Shown piece after piece: positions 16,794 to 25,740 of a DNA stretch of 64,000 nucleotides (the stretch's first letter is position 1; each line of letters opens with the position of its first letter). Position numbers and translations under genes: made by a program. This DNA is from an uncultured Bordetella sp. (GTDB taxonomy: Bacteria > Pseudomonadota > Gammaproteobacteria > Burkholderiales > Casimicrobiaceae): the NCBI GenBank assembly GCA_964354035.1, contig CAYGYQ010000001.1, positions 557 to 64,556 of the forward strand, given 5' to 3'. The notes beneath the pieces were generated by a model. It did no database searches and had not been told where the DNA came from. It saw only the letters and a list, made by a program, of their open reading frames with translations.

Positions 16794-17876
16794 TTATTTT
16801 AACCTGTCCGCTACGGCGCGCCTGGCGCGGATGAGGCGCTGCGCCTCGATCGTCCAGTGCTTCTTGACGCTGTACCAGACGTCGGCTGCCCACAACACCC
16901 CGTCGCCGGCCTCCGCCGGTGGCGTCGCGACGCCGGCGTCGGCGGCCCGGTAGGCATCGATCCAGGCGCGCGTTGCGGGGTCCGCGGCGAGCCGTTCCGT
17001 GTCGGGCACGAAGACGTGGTTGTACCACGCCGGCAGCATCACGCCGCGCACGAGCGTGTTGCCGTCGCGGCGGAAACTGATCGCGTCCTCGTCGCCAGGA
17101 TAGGTCCAGGCGAAGAAATCGAGCCCGATGGCGAAGCCGGTGAACTCGTCCACTGCGTCCGGGATCGTGCGCATCTTCCCCACCATGCTCCACTGGTTGG
17201 GCAAGAGCAGCGCCGCGCCGCCGGCGCCCACGACGGAAACGTAGGAAACGCTCAGGCCAACGACCGGCCGTTCGGCACCCGTCAGCGGATCGACGATGGA
17301 CGTGCGAATCTCCGCGGCGTCCGCCAATGGATTCCAGACACGGATCGGGTCGTCGAACCGCCCTGCCAGCTCGTAGAGCACCTTGATGGCCTGGATCCCG
17401 CCCTGGCTGTGGCCAATCATCATCGGCCGCATGCCGTCGCGCTCGTAATGCCAGGCGATGAACCCGGCGATCTGCGCACTGTGCTCGTAGGGACTGTGCG
17501 ACCAGCGCCCGTCCCCCGGGTGTCGGATGCGGCTCTCGGGGTAGCCCATGCCGGTGAGGAGCCGGCCGGCGGACTCCATCATCAGGTAGACAGGGTAGAT
17601 GCCGCCATGGAGCAGGATGATGCGCGGCGCCGGGCCCTTGGCGAGCGTGTCGCGCACATCGTCGGCGGTGACCTGTTCCGGATCGAGGGCAAGAATCCGG
17701 TCTTCGAGCGCACGGTCGATGGCCAGCGATCGGAGAACGGCGTGCGCCGCGGGTCGGGTCAGGACACCGGCGTCGGGGGCCGCGACCGGCCGCGTCGCGC
17801 AGCCGCCGCCGGCCAGCGCGACGATGGTGACGGCCGCCACCAGCGCGATGCGGCGAAGAAGGGGGCGGGAGATCAT
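16794..17876 (-). CDS. Secreted (possibly lipoprotein) serine hydrolase, GHSQGG type, paralog A
   Basis: ATG at 17876 forms an ATGA overlap with the upstream stop. Signal peptide ...VALAGGGCA, nucleophile elbow MIGHSQGG, C-terminal WYSVKKHWTIEAQRL shared with paralog B. Confidence 0.65.
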   Translation of the reverse strand: MISRPLLRRIALVAAVTIVALAGGGCATRPVAAPDAGVLTRPAAHAVLRSLAIDRALEDRILALDPEQVTADDVRDTLAKGPAPRIILLHGGIYPVYLMMESAGRLLTGMGYPESRIRHPGDGRWSHSPYEHSAQIAGFIAWHYERDGMRPMMIGHSQGGIQAIKVLYELAGRFDDPIRVWNPLADAAEIRTSIVDPLTGAERPVVGLSVSYVSVVGAGGAALLLPNQWSMVGKMRTIPDAVDEFTGFAIGLDFFAWTYPGDEDAISFRRDGNTLVRGVMLPAWYNHVFVPDTERLAADPATRAWIDAYRAADAGVATPPAEAGDGVLWAADVWYSVKKHWTIEAQRLIRARRAVADRLK

Positions 17877-19171
17877 GAGTCGAGATGCGTCCAGCAGCCG
17901 ACCATGCCGTCGGCGATCTGGTCGATGTTCGCTGCGGTGAACACGGCGCGCTGATACGAAATGCCCGCGTGCAGAACGCCGGCGGCGATGGTCACCGTGA
18001 CGACCACCGGCGCCAGCGGGCCGGTGGAGACTGCGCGCAGGTATTCGGGGGTCGGCATTCGTCCGCCGGCATTTTCCCAGAGCGCGTCGACGTTGGCCAG
18101 CGTGACCGCCCCCCACGTCGGGTAATGCTTCGCGTAGAAGCCCGCGCGCTGCTCGCGCGACAGGAAGCGCCACAGCGCGCCGCTTACGGCGATTCCCAGC
18201 AGACTCTGCAGGTAGAGCTTCGCGCTTCTGATGCGCGCGGTCTCGGCGTGAATGTCGCGCGCGAGCTGCTCCAGTGCAATGCCGGGTGGCAGCGGATGGG
18301 AAACGCGGAATGAGCTCAGAAACTGGCCGAAGGTGACGTTGGGATCGTAGCCCAAATCGCGTCGAAGATTGACGATCGACGCGACGGCGAGTTCATGCCG
18401 GCGCTCCTCCGGCGCACGTTCGCCCACGAAGGGTTCCAGCGCCCGCAGCAAGGTCGCGAGCAACAGGTCGTTGACGGTGACGCCCCAGGCGCGCGCCGCG
18501 CCGACGAGCGCCACGAGCTCCGGCGGGTCGAGGCGGCGATACGCGAACCCGCTGGCGGGACTCCCGCCTTGCAGGCCGCGCGGCCGCACGGTACGCCCGC
18601 AGCTCGCTGCGATCGTCCGCAGGAAGCGCATGCCCATGAGTGCCGGGGCGGCTTGCTGGACAAACAGCCGTCCAAAGGTCGCCGGGTAGCGGTCCAGGCG
18701 ACGGACAGGCGGCGCTTCGGGCTTGTCGCCGAGGTAGCGGGAGAAGATGCCCTCGAGCAGGACCACGATCGAGTCGCCGCCGGCGATCACGTGGTCGTAG
18801 GCAAGGCCGAGGTGGAACCACGGCCCGCTGTCGATGCAGAAGAACCGGAATGGATTCAGCCTGCCATCGCGCACGAAAGGGAGGTTGAGCTCACGTTCGA
18901 TCGTCATCGCCAGCACTTCGCTCGGCTGGCTGCCGCCCGCGTGGACGACAAGCGCCACCTCCGCCGGTCCCCCCGTGTACTCGAAGCGGCGGCGCGTGAC
19001 GTCGAGCATGAAGCCGGTGAGCCCGAGCGCGTCGAGCTGGCGCCCGATGAGCGTCTTCAGTCGCCCGGCGTCGAGCGGACGGTCGATGCGGCCCACGTGA
19101 ATCGCGGTATACGGATGCAGATCCCGCCAGCGCAGCATCGCCGCCTGGAACAGGTTCAGGCGCCCCTTCAC
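17873..19171 (-). CDS. Condensation / WS-DGAT / PapA5-like acyltransferase-fold protein
   Basis: 432 aa with a GTG start in a GTGA overlap. Variant of the HHxxxDG motif (AYDHVIAGGDS). No signal peptide. Family assignment rests on motif and size only. Confidence 0.5.
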   Translation of the reverse strand: MKGRLNLFQAAMLRWRDLHPYTAIHVGRIDRPLDAGRLKTLIGRQLDALGLTGFMLDVTRRRFEYTGGPAEVALVVHAGGSQPSEVLAMTIERELNLPFVRDGRLNPFRFFCIDSGPWFHLGLAYDHVIAGGDSIVVLLEGIFSRYLGDKPEAPPVRRLDRYPATFGRLFVQQAAPALMGMRFLRTIAASCGRTVRPRGLQGGSPASGFAYRRLDPPELVALVGAARAWGVTVNDLLLATLLRALEPFVGERAPEERRHELAVASIVNLRRDLGYDPNVTFGQFLSSFRVSHPLPPGIALEQLARDIHAETARIRSAKLYLQSLLGIAVSGALWRFLSREQRAGFYAKHYPTWGAVTLANVDALWENAGGRMPTPEYLRAVSTGPLAPVVVTVTIAAGVLHAGISYQRAVFTAANIDQIADGMVGCWTHLDS

Positions 19172-20196
19172 TCAGCGCCCCGGCGTTGTGCACCGACGAG
19201 CCGCCTCGCTTCGATCGTCCAGTGCCGCTTCACGCTGTGCCAGATGTCGGCGGCGTGCACGAGGTTGGTGGTGTCCACGCCGGCGCTGTCCGGGAGCGCA
19301 GCGTTGCCATCGGGCACGTACGCCTCGATCCACGCCCGCGTGGCCGGGTCGTTCGCGAGATGAAGGGTTTCCGGCAGCCCGATGTGCGTGTACGCCGCCG
19401 GGAGGATCACGTTGCGCACGGTCGCGGATCCCTTGGCAAGGTAGGGATCGGAGCGCGGGAACAGCCCGGCGATGAGATCCCACTCGATGGCGAAACCGGT
19501 GAATTCCTCGGTGGTGTCCGGGATTTCGCGGAGCTTCGCCAGCATCTCCCATTGGCCAAGCAGGACGCGCGCAAGCTTCCCGGTGGCGAGCGCAGCGACG
19601 TAGGGGAGCCGGAAGCCGACGACGGGCCGCGTGTGACCGCTCAGGGGATCGACGATCACCGAGCGCGGCAGCGGCGCGTCCGTCACCGGATTCCAGACCG
19701 GGATAGAGTCTCCGAATGCGCCGGCAAGCTCGTGCAGCACGCGGATGGCCATCATTCCGCCCTGGCTGTGCCCGATCATCAGCGGACGCACGCCTTCGGA
19801 CTCGTAATACCAGGCCAGCGTGCCCGCAATCTGCCGGCTGTCCGTGAAGCTGCTCGACGAATAGCTGCCGTCGCGCGGATGCCTGACCCGGTCGGGCGGA
19901 TATCCCATGGCGACCAGGAATTCCGCCAAGGGCGCCATGGTGATCAGGGCGAAGCTGCCCTGGAACAGGACGATTCTCGGCGCCGGTACCCGCGCCAGGA
20001 CCTCGGCGACCTCACGCCCGCTGACGCGGTCCGGATCCAGCGCGAACAGACGCTCCACGACGGCCGGATCGTGGCCGGCGGTACCCGTTGGCGCTGCAGT
20101 CACGTCCGTCCACGCGCCGGCGGGCAGTGCCGCGGCCGCGATGAACGCGAGTGCGGAGAGCCATGGTGGAACCGAAACCGCAGGGAGCATGCGCAT
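19168..20196 (-). CDS. Secreted serine hydrolase, GHSQGG type, paralog B
   Basis: ATG at 20196. Signal peptide MRMLPAVSVPPWLSALAFIAAAALPAGA. MIGHSQGGMMAIRVLHELAG and C-terminal WHSVKRHWTIEARRL parallel paralog A. Confidence 0.65.
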   Translation of the reverse strand: MRMLPAVSVPPWLSALAFIAAAALPAGAWTDVTAAPTGTAGHDPAVVERLFALDPDRVSGREVAEVLARVPAPRIVLFQGSFALITMAPLAEFLVAMGYPPDRVRHPRDGSYSSSSFTDSRQIAGTLAWYYESEGVRPLMIGHSQGGMMAIRVLHELAGAFGDSIPVWNPVTDAPLPRSVIVDPLSGHTRPVVGFRLPYVAALATGKLARVLLGQWEMLAKLREIPDTTEEFTGFAIEWDLIAGLFPRSDPYLAKGSATVRNVILPAAYTHIGLPETLHLANDPATRAWIEAYVPDGNAALPDSAGVDTTNLVHAADIWHSVKRHWTIEARRLVGAQRRGAE

Positions 20197-20219
20197 GCCG
20201 AAGCGCGACCGCGGCGCAG

Positions 20220-20840
20220 TCAGCGCGCCGGGCGGCGGGGGAGGAAACGGCCCGTCCTCCGCAGGTATCGCGCATAGGCATCGCCGTGCACCGCGGAAAG
20301 ATGGCGTTCCTCGTTGCGCGCCTTGAGGTTCATGAGAACGATGTGCACGGCCGCGATCAGCATCATCGGCAAGGTGGGCACGATCGCCACCGTGCAGAGC
20401 ATCAGCAGGATGGAAAACGCGTAGATGGGGTGCCGGACGCGCGCGAACAGCCCGTCGGTGATGAGGTCTGTCTTGCGTTCGAGGCCGACATCCATCCGCC
20501 AGTCGCTGCCCATCCGCAGCCAGCAGCGAACCGTGCCGGCGAGCGCGGTCACGGCGACAAGCGCGGCGACCCAGCGCAACGCGGCGAACGCGGGCTCGCG
20601 CAACGCGAAGTCGGGTAGTGCCGGAACGGCCCCCGACCGCGTGAGCGTCGCCCAGGGTACGCAGATCCAGGCGGCGACCAGCGGCACCCAGACGAGCCAC
20701 ATGAGGCGTTCCTGCCGCTGTTCGGGCACGAGCCCGACGACCTTGCGCGTATGCCGGCGCACGCGGGCGATCATCACCCCGACCCCGACCCAGTACGACG
20801 AAACCGTGGCGACCAGCACGGCGAGAGGAAGATCTTGCAT
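20220..20840 (-). CDS. ICMT/PEMT-family membrane methyltransferase
   Basis: 206 aa from ATG 20840, multi-TM. C-terminal signature DGLFARVRHPIYAFSILL...ARNEERHLSAVHGDAYARYLRRTGRFLP, typical of isoprenylcysteine carboxyl / phospholipid methyltransferase-like proteins. Confidence 0.7.
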   Translation of the reverse strand: MQDLPLAVLVATVSSYWVGVGVMIARVRRHTRKVVGLVPEQRQERLMWLVWVPLVAAWICVPWATLTRSGAVPALPDFALREPAFAALRWVAALVAVTALAGTVRCWLRMGSDWRMDVGLERKTDLITDGLFARVRHPIYAFSILLMLCTVAIVPTLPMMLIAAVHIVLMNLKARNEERHLSAVHGDAYARYLRRTGRFLPRRPAR

Positions 20841-21010
20841 CGGTGGAGGATTCCAGCGTCGCTTCGGGACGTCACCACGACGCGGGCGGCCGCAAACGGA
20901 AAACGTGCCCTTCGCCACGGCGCCGTGCCCTCTCATTATGCCAGTGTCGGGTCGCGCGCAGGGCGGCAGGATATCCTCCGGCCACCGGCGTTCGCCGCCG
21001 GGGCCTCCGA

Positions 21011-21016
21011 TATAAT
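21011..21016 (+). promoter_or_regulatory. Candidate -10 box (TATAAT) upstream of waaL-like gene
   Basis: Perfect TATAAT in the divergent 20841-21071 region. Same 13-mer context CTCCGATATAATC as upstream of msbA. Confidence 0.25.
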
Positions 21017-21071
21017 CACGGTTTGGAACCGCCCTTCCGTGACGCCTCGGCTATTCGCCACCCTCTCCCTG

Positions 21072-22370
21072 ATGCTCGACCGCCGTCTCGTGGAACGTGC
21101 CGCCGGCGTTGGCTCATCGACGGCGACCCCGCGGCCGCGCACGGCGCAGGAGCGTGCCGAGAACGCCGTGAAATGGGGGGCGGTCCTGCTGGGATTTTCC
21201 ATTCCGGTGTCGGTCCTGCTCGACAACGTCCTGCTTGGGCTCATCGTGCTCTTCTGGATTGCCGGCGGCCGGTACCGGGACAAGCTCGCCGCCATTCGCG
21301 GCAATCCGGTCGCCCTGCTGGCGCTCGCGCTGTACTTCCTGCACCTCCTGGGATCCCTTTATTCGATCGGCACGGCCAGGGACGTGCTCGAGGCGCTGGC
21401 GAAGGCATCGCGGTTGCTGCTGATCCCGGCGCTGATATTCCTCCTGCGCGAACCGGTCTGGCGCGAGCGCGGCATCGCCGCTTTTCTCGCATCCATGCTC
21501 GTGACGCTCGTGCTTTCCTATCTGCTCTGGCTGGGCGTGCTTTCCGGCAAGGGATGGCTCAAGGGAGTGCCACTGGATCCCGTCGCGTTCAAGGCCCACA
21601 TCACGCACAACGTGTTCATGGCGTTCGCGGCCTTTCTGCTCGCGCAGGCAGCGCTCGATGCAGCGACGCGCCCGGGCAGGTTAGTTCTCGCCGCGCTTTG
21701 TGCTGCCGTGGTGGCCAACGTGCTGCTGATGGTACCGGGGCGCACGGGCATCGTCGTGCTGCTCGTGCTCTTCGTCTATTTTCTCTGCCGCAGGTTCCGG
21801 CTCAAGGGCCTCGCGTTTGCCGGCATCGCGCTCGGCGCGCTCGCGGCGGTAGTGCTCGCGTCGCCGGAAAGCATGCTGCACAAGCGAGTCATGCTCGCCG
21901 ACGAGGAGTACCAGCAATGGCGCGCCGGCGTTCCCCCTGCTCCGACTTCCTCGGTCGGGCTGCGCCTCGAGTTGCTGCGGAACACCTTGGAGATCATCGG
22001 CAGCGATCCCGTTTTCGGCGTGGGCACGGGCGGGTTCGCTCAGGCCTATGCGCGCCGCGTGGCGGATCCCGGGGCCGGCGGGATGCACAATCCGCATAAC
22101 GAGATCCTGCTGATGATCGCGCAATTCGGGGTCGCCGGATTGGTGCTCCTGGCCGGGCTGTTCGCGACGCAATGGCGGCAGGCGGCGCATCTGCCCGGCC
22201 GCTTCGAGCCAGCGGCCGCGCGGGCGCTCGTGCTGACGTTCGCCGTGGCGAGTGCGCTGTCGTCGACGCTGATGGATCACGGCGAGGGGTTCCTCTTTGC
22301 CTACATGAGCGGACTTCTCTTCGCCGGTTATCCCGCGGGCGGAGTGCAATCGCGGGCAGGCGCCGCATGA
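21072..22370 (+). CDS. O-antigen ligase family protein (WaaL/Wzy_C-like)
   Basis: Polytopic membrane protein with ...GMHNPHNEILLMIAQFGVAGLVLL..., characteristic of the O-antigen ligase domain. ATG at 21072; GTG near 21040 is possible. Confidence 0.75.
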   Translation: MLDRRLVERAAGVGSSTATPRPRTAQERAENAVKWGAVLLGFSIPVSVLLDNVLLGLIVLFWIAGGRYRDKLAAIRGNPVALLALALYFLHLLGSLYSIGTARDVLEALAKASRLLLIPALIFLLREPVWRERGIAAFLASMLVTLVLSYLLWLGVLSGKGWLKGVPLDPVAFKAHITHNVFMAFAAFLLAQAALDAATRPGRLVLAALCAAVVANVLLMVPGRTGIVVLLVLFVYFLCRRFRLKGLAFAGIALGALAAVVLASPESMLHKRVMLADEEYQQWRAGVPPAPTSSVGLRLELLRNTLEIIGSDPVFGVGTGGFAQAYARRVADPGAGGMHNPHNEILLMIAQFGVAGLVLLAGLFATQWRQAAHLPGRFEPAAARALVLTFAVASALSSTLMDHGEGFLFAYMSGLLFAGYPAGGVQSRAGAA

Positions 22371-23497
22371 GACATCCTGTGTCAACCCGCGGCGGGCGCG
22401 CGCCGCCGTTGGCGGTACCTGCGAGCGTGCTGGTGGTCGTCACCCGGCGCAGGGGCGACGTTCTGCTCGCTTCGCCCCTGGTCCGGTCGCTCAAGGCGGC
22501 GTGGCCGCAGGCCGGGATCGATGTGCTGGTCTTCGCCGGCACGCAGGGCGTGCTGGAGGCAAATCCGGACGTGCGGCGCGTCATCACCGTCGCCGAGCGG
22601 CCGGGACTGTTGGCGCACCTCGCGCTTGCCGCCAGGTTGGCGCGGCAATACGACATCGCCTTGTCGTGTCTCGCGGGCGACCGGCCGACGGCGTACGCGG
22701 TCGTGGCCGGGCGTTGGCGGGTGGGCATGGTCGGTTCGGGGAACGGCGCAAAGTGGAAGCGGCGGGTTCTGTCGAAGGCGATCCCCTTCGACGATCTCGA
22801 CACGCACACCGCCGCGATGAATCTTGCCTTCGCCGAAGTCCTGGGCATTGCGCGGCACCACGAGATCAGCATCGGCTGGACGACGCAGGACGCCGCGCGT
22901 GCGTCGGCGCTGCTGGGTGAGCGCACCCGCGACTCCCCATACGTTGTGCTGCATGTCCACCCGAAGTTCAACTACAAGATGTGGCACGTCGAAGGCTGGG
23001 TCGGCCTTGCGCATTGGCTGGGCGAACGCGGCTTTGACACGATCCTCACGGGTGGCGCCGAACCGGGCGAAAGGGAATTCGTGGCGTCCGCCGCGGCGCG
23101 CATGCCCCAGGGCGCGGTCAATCTGGCGGGGCAACTCACCATTGCGCAGACAGCGTGTGTCATCGCCGGGGCGCGCCTTTTCGTCGGACCCGACACGGTG
23201 ACGACGCACATGGCCGCGGCGCAGGGCGTGCCCACGGTGGCGTTGTACGGCCCGTCCAATCCCGTCAAATGGGGGCCCTGGCCGCAACAATTCGCTGGCG
23301 CACCGTCGCCCTGGCGGCGTGTCGGCACGCAGGAAATGGGCAACGTCCAGCTGGTTCAGGGTCCCGGCGCTTGCGTTCCCTGCATGGCGGAAGGCTGCGA
23401 CCGGCACGTCGCGAGCTTTTCGGATTGCCTGCAACAGTTGCCGTTGCCTGCGGTCATCGCGGCGGTGGAGCGCGCGCTCGCCGCGCCCGTCGCATAG
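22367..23497 (+). CDS. Glycosyltransferase family 9 (LPS heptosyltransferase-like)
   Basis: ATG at 22367 in an ATGA overlap with the waaL-like stop. GT9 pattern VLVVVTRRRGDVLLASPLVRSLK...LFVGPDTVTTHMAAAQGVPTVALYGPSNP. Confidence 0.85.
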   Translation: MRHPVSTRGGRAPPLAVPASVLVVVTRRRGDVLLASPLVRSLKAAWPQAGIDVLVFAGTQGVLEANPDVRRVITVAERPGLLAHLALAARLARQYDIALSCLAGDRPTAYAVVAGRWRVGMVGSGNGAKWKRRVLSKAIPFDDLDTHTAAMNLAFAEVLGIARHHEISIGWTTQDAARASALLGERTRDSPYVVLHVHPKFNYKMWHVEGWVGLAHWLGERGFDTILTGGAEPGEREFVASAAARMPQGAVNLAGQLTIAQTACVIAGARLFVGPDTVTTHMAAAQGVPTVALYGPSNPVKWGPWPQQFAGAPSPWRRVGTQEMGNVQLVQGPGACVPCMAEGCDRHVASFSDCLQQLPLPAVIAAVERALAAPVA

Positions 23498-23537
23498 CGC
23501 CTGCGCACCGCGCGTTCCCAGGCATCGATCATTGACC

Positions 23538-24620
23538 TCAGCGCGGTTCGCCCCATCGTGGCCGCCCCGCCAGCGCGAACAGGAACGCGCAGGCGACCGC
23601 GGGCCAGACCAGGAGCACGGTATGCGTGAGACCGTTGAAATTCAGCAGGTGGCCGTAGGGTCCGTTGAAGAGTCCGACCGGCGCACGCGCAAACACGAGG
23701 TCCGGCAACAGCACGGTCGCGAGCAGCGATGAGAGCAGCGCGACCGCCGCGAGCGTGACCTGCGCTGGCCGCGGCAGCCAGATCGCCATTGACAGCAGGA
23801 GCGAGCCGGCCGCGACGCCCAGCGATACCGGGGGCGAGAGCCAGTTCTCCCAGGCCGCGGGCCGGAGCAGCACGGCGGCCGCAATTCCCTTGATCAGCGC
23901 CGCCGCGCCGATGAGCAGCAACGCGGCCCCCGCGACGTAGCGCCGCTCGCGCAGCAGCAGCGCCAGGAACAGGCCGACGCCCAGCAACTGGAAGGCGGTG
24001 TGCGCGGCTTCGACCACGGTCGCCGCGAGGTCTGGTGCGAGGCCCGGGCGCGCCGGCCCCGACGCCGAGTCGAACATCGTGGCGAACAGCGGAATGCCCG
24101 GATTCACCTGCACGACGAGCCAGATCACGAGCAGCGCGATCCCGAGATCGCCCACGGTGCCCGGCAGGAACCACCGGTCGCGCATCGATGCGATCGTCGC
24201 CTTCGCCCGCGGCGAGCGCACCAGGACCAGTGCGAGCGCTCCCCCGAGAGCTGCCCCCGTCGCATTGGCCAGCAGGTCGGCGACGCTGGCATCCCGCGTC
24301 GGTAGAAACATCTGCAGCGTCTCCATCGCGAACGACAACAGGGCGCCGGCGAATATCGCAACGGACAGGGTACCGGCCGGCGAGCGGTGGCGCTGCGCGG
24401 ATGCGACAAAGAAACCGAACGGCAGGTACGCGACGAGGTTGCCGACGATGTCGTAGCGCACCCACCGCGGTGGCCAGGGGGCGAGCAGAAAGAACGCCGA
24501 CCCCGATGCCCGCTCGAGCCATGGCTCGAACGGCTGCAGGCTCGCGTAGAAGATGGCGAGGCCGTAGAGCCCGGCGAGGAAGACCGGGAGCAGCGAGCGC
24601 GCTGGTGCGGCCGGCACCAT
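23538..24620 (-). CDS. VanZ-family membrane protein
   Basis: N-terminal VanZ-like region (YDIVGNLVAYLPFGFF...ETLQMFLPTRDASVADLLANATGAALG) followed by additional TM helices. Confidence 0.65.
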   Translation of the reverse strand: MVPAAPARSLLPVFLAGLYGLAIFYASLQPFEPWLERASGSAFFLLAPWPPRWVRYDIVGNLVAYLPFGFFVASAQRHRSPAGTLSVAIFAGALLSFAMETLQMFLPTRDASVADLLANATGAALGGALALVLVRSPRAKATIASMRDRWFLPGTVGDLGIALLVIWLVVQVNPGIPLFATMFDSASGPARPGLAPDLAATVVEAAHTAFQLLGVGLFLALLLRERRYVAGAALLLIGAAALIKGIAAAVLLRPAAWENWLSPPVSLGVAAGSLLLSMAIWLPRPAQVTLAAVALLSSLLATVLLPDLVFARAPVGLFNGPYGHLLNFNGLTHTVLLVWPAVACAFLFALAGRPRWGEPR

Positions 24621-24672
24621 GGCGGGACGGCGCGTCAGGGAGGGCCGCGCGATGTCCGCGCGGATTCGCCGC

Positions 24673-25740
24673 TCAGCGGCCGGCCTTGATCTCGGTCCAC
24701 TGCTTGTTGCGCAGACGGCGCTGCGCGCCGGTGAGGTCCTGCAGCTGCTCGAGCTTCGCCTGGACCGCCTTGTCCGGGAAGATCGCCGGGTTCTTCAGGA
24801 GCTCGGGCTTGATGTACTTGACGGCATCGGTGTTCGGATTTCCGGAGCCGATCAGGTTCGTGAGCTCGGCCGAATTCTTTCCGTCGAGCATGAAATTCAT
24901 GAACTTGAGCGCGAGGTCGGCCCGCGGCGCGTTCTTGTCGATCACCATGTTGTCGACGGCGAGCACCGCGCCCTCCTTTGGCATGCCCTGCAGGATCTTG
25001 AACTTGCGGCCCGCGGCCTGCGCGTCGAGGTTGGCCTGGAAGATGTCGTTCGAGTAGCCGTGCACCACCCAGATGTTGCCGACGGTCAGCTCCTTGATGT
25101 ACGACGACGCGTTGAACGCGGCCCAGTAGGGCTTGGCCTTCTTGATCACCGCGGCTGCCTCGTCCCAGTGCTTCGGATCGACGTCGTTGGCCGAGTAACC
25201 GAGGTACTTGAGCGCGGCCGCAAAAAGCTCGTTGGCGCTGTCGAGGACGGTGACGCGGCCCTTGATCTTCTCGAGGTGCTTCGGATCGAAGATGAGGGCC
25301 CAGGTGTCCGTGGGCAGGCCGAGCTCCCGGATCTTCTCGTCGTTGTAGCCGAGGATCGTCGTGGACATCGCGTACGGGATCGAGTACTTGTTGTCGCGAT
25401 CGAACGGCGTGTTGAGCAAGGCGGGGTCGATGTTCTTCAGATTGGCGAGCTGGCCCTTGTCGACGGGCTTCAACCGGCCGCTCTTGATCAGTGCCTGGAC
25501 CGCGTTCGACGTGGGCACGTACATGTCGTAGCCCTTGGCCCCCGCGGCGAGTTTCGCCAGCAATTCCTCGTTGTCGGAATAGTAGGTCTGGACGACCTTG
25601 CACTTGCAGTCCTCCTCGAAGCGCTTGACCGTCTCCGGCGCGAGGTAGTTGTTCCAGTTGTAAAGGTGGAATTCGTCCTTCGCGGCCCCGGCCGGCAAGG
25701 CGAACAACAGCGCAGCGAGCAGCGGTACGAGCCGTTTCAT
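24673..25740 (-). CDS. potD: Spermidine/putrescine ABC transporter periplasmic binding protein
   Basis: Signal peptide and the PotD/PotF-like pattern LYNWNNYLAPETVKRFEE.... Last gene of an ATPase-permease-permease-SBP operon. Confidence 0.85.
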   Translation of the reverse strand: MKRLVPLLAALLFALPAGAAKDEFHLYNWNNYLAPETVKRFEEDCKCKVVQTYYSDNEELLAKLAAGAKGYDMYVPTSNAVQALIKSGRLKPVDKGQLANLKNIDPALLNTPFDRDNKYSIPYAMSTTILGYNDEKIRELGLPTDTWALIFDPKHLEKIKGRVTVLDSANELFAAALKYLGYSANDVDPKHWDEAAAVIKKAKPYWAAFNASSYIKELTVGNIWVVHGYSNDIFQANLDAQAAGRKFKILQGMPKEGAVLAVDNMVIDKNAPRADLALKFMNFMLDGKNSAELTNLIGSGNPNTDAVKYIKPELLKNPAIFPDKAVQAKLEQLQDLTGAQRRLRNKQWTEIKAGR

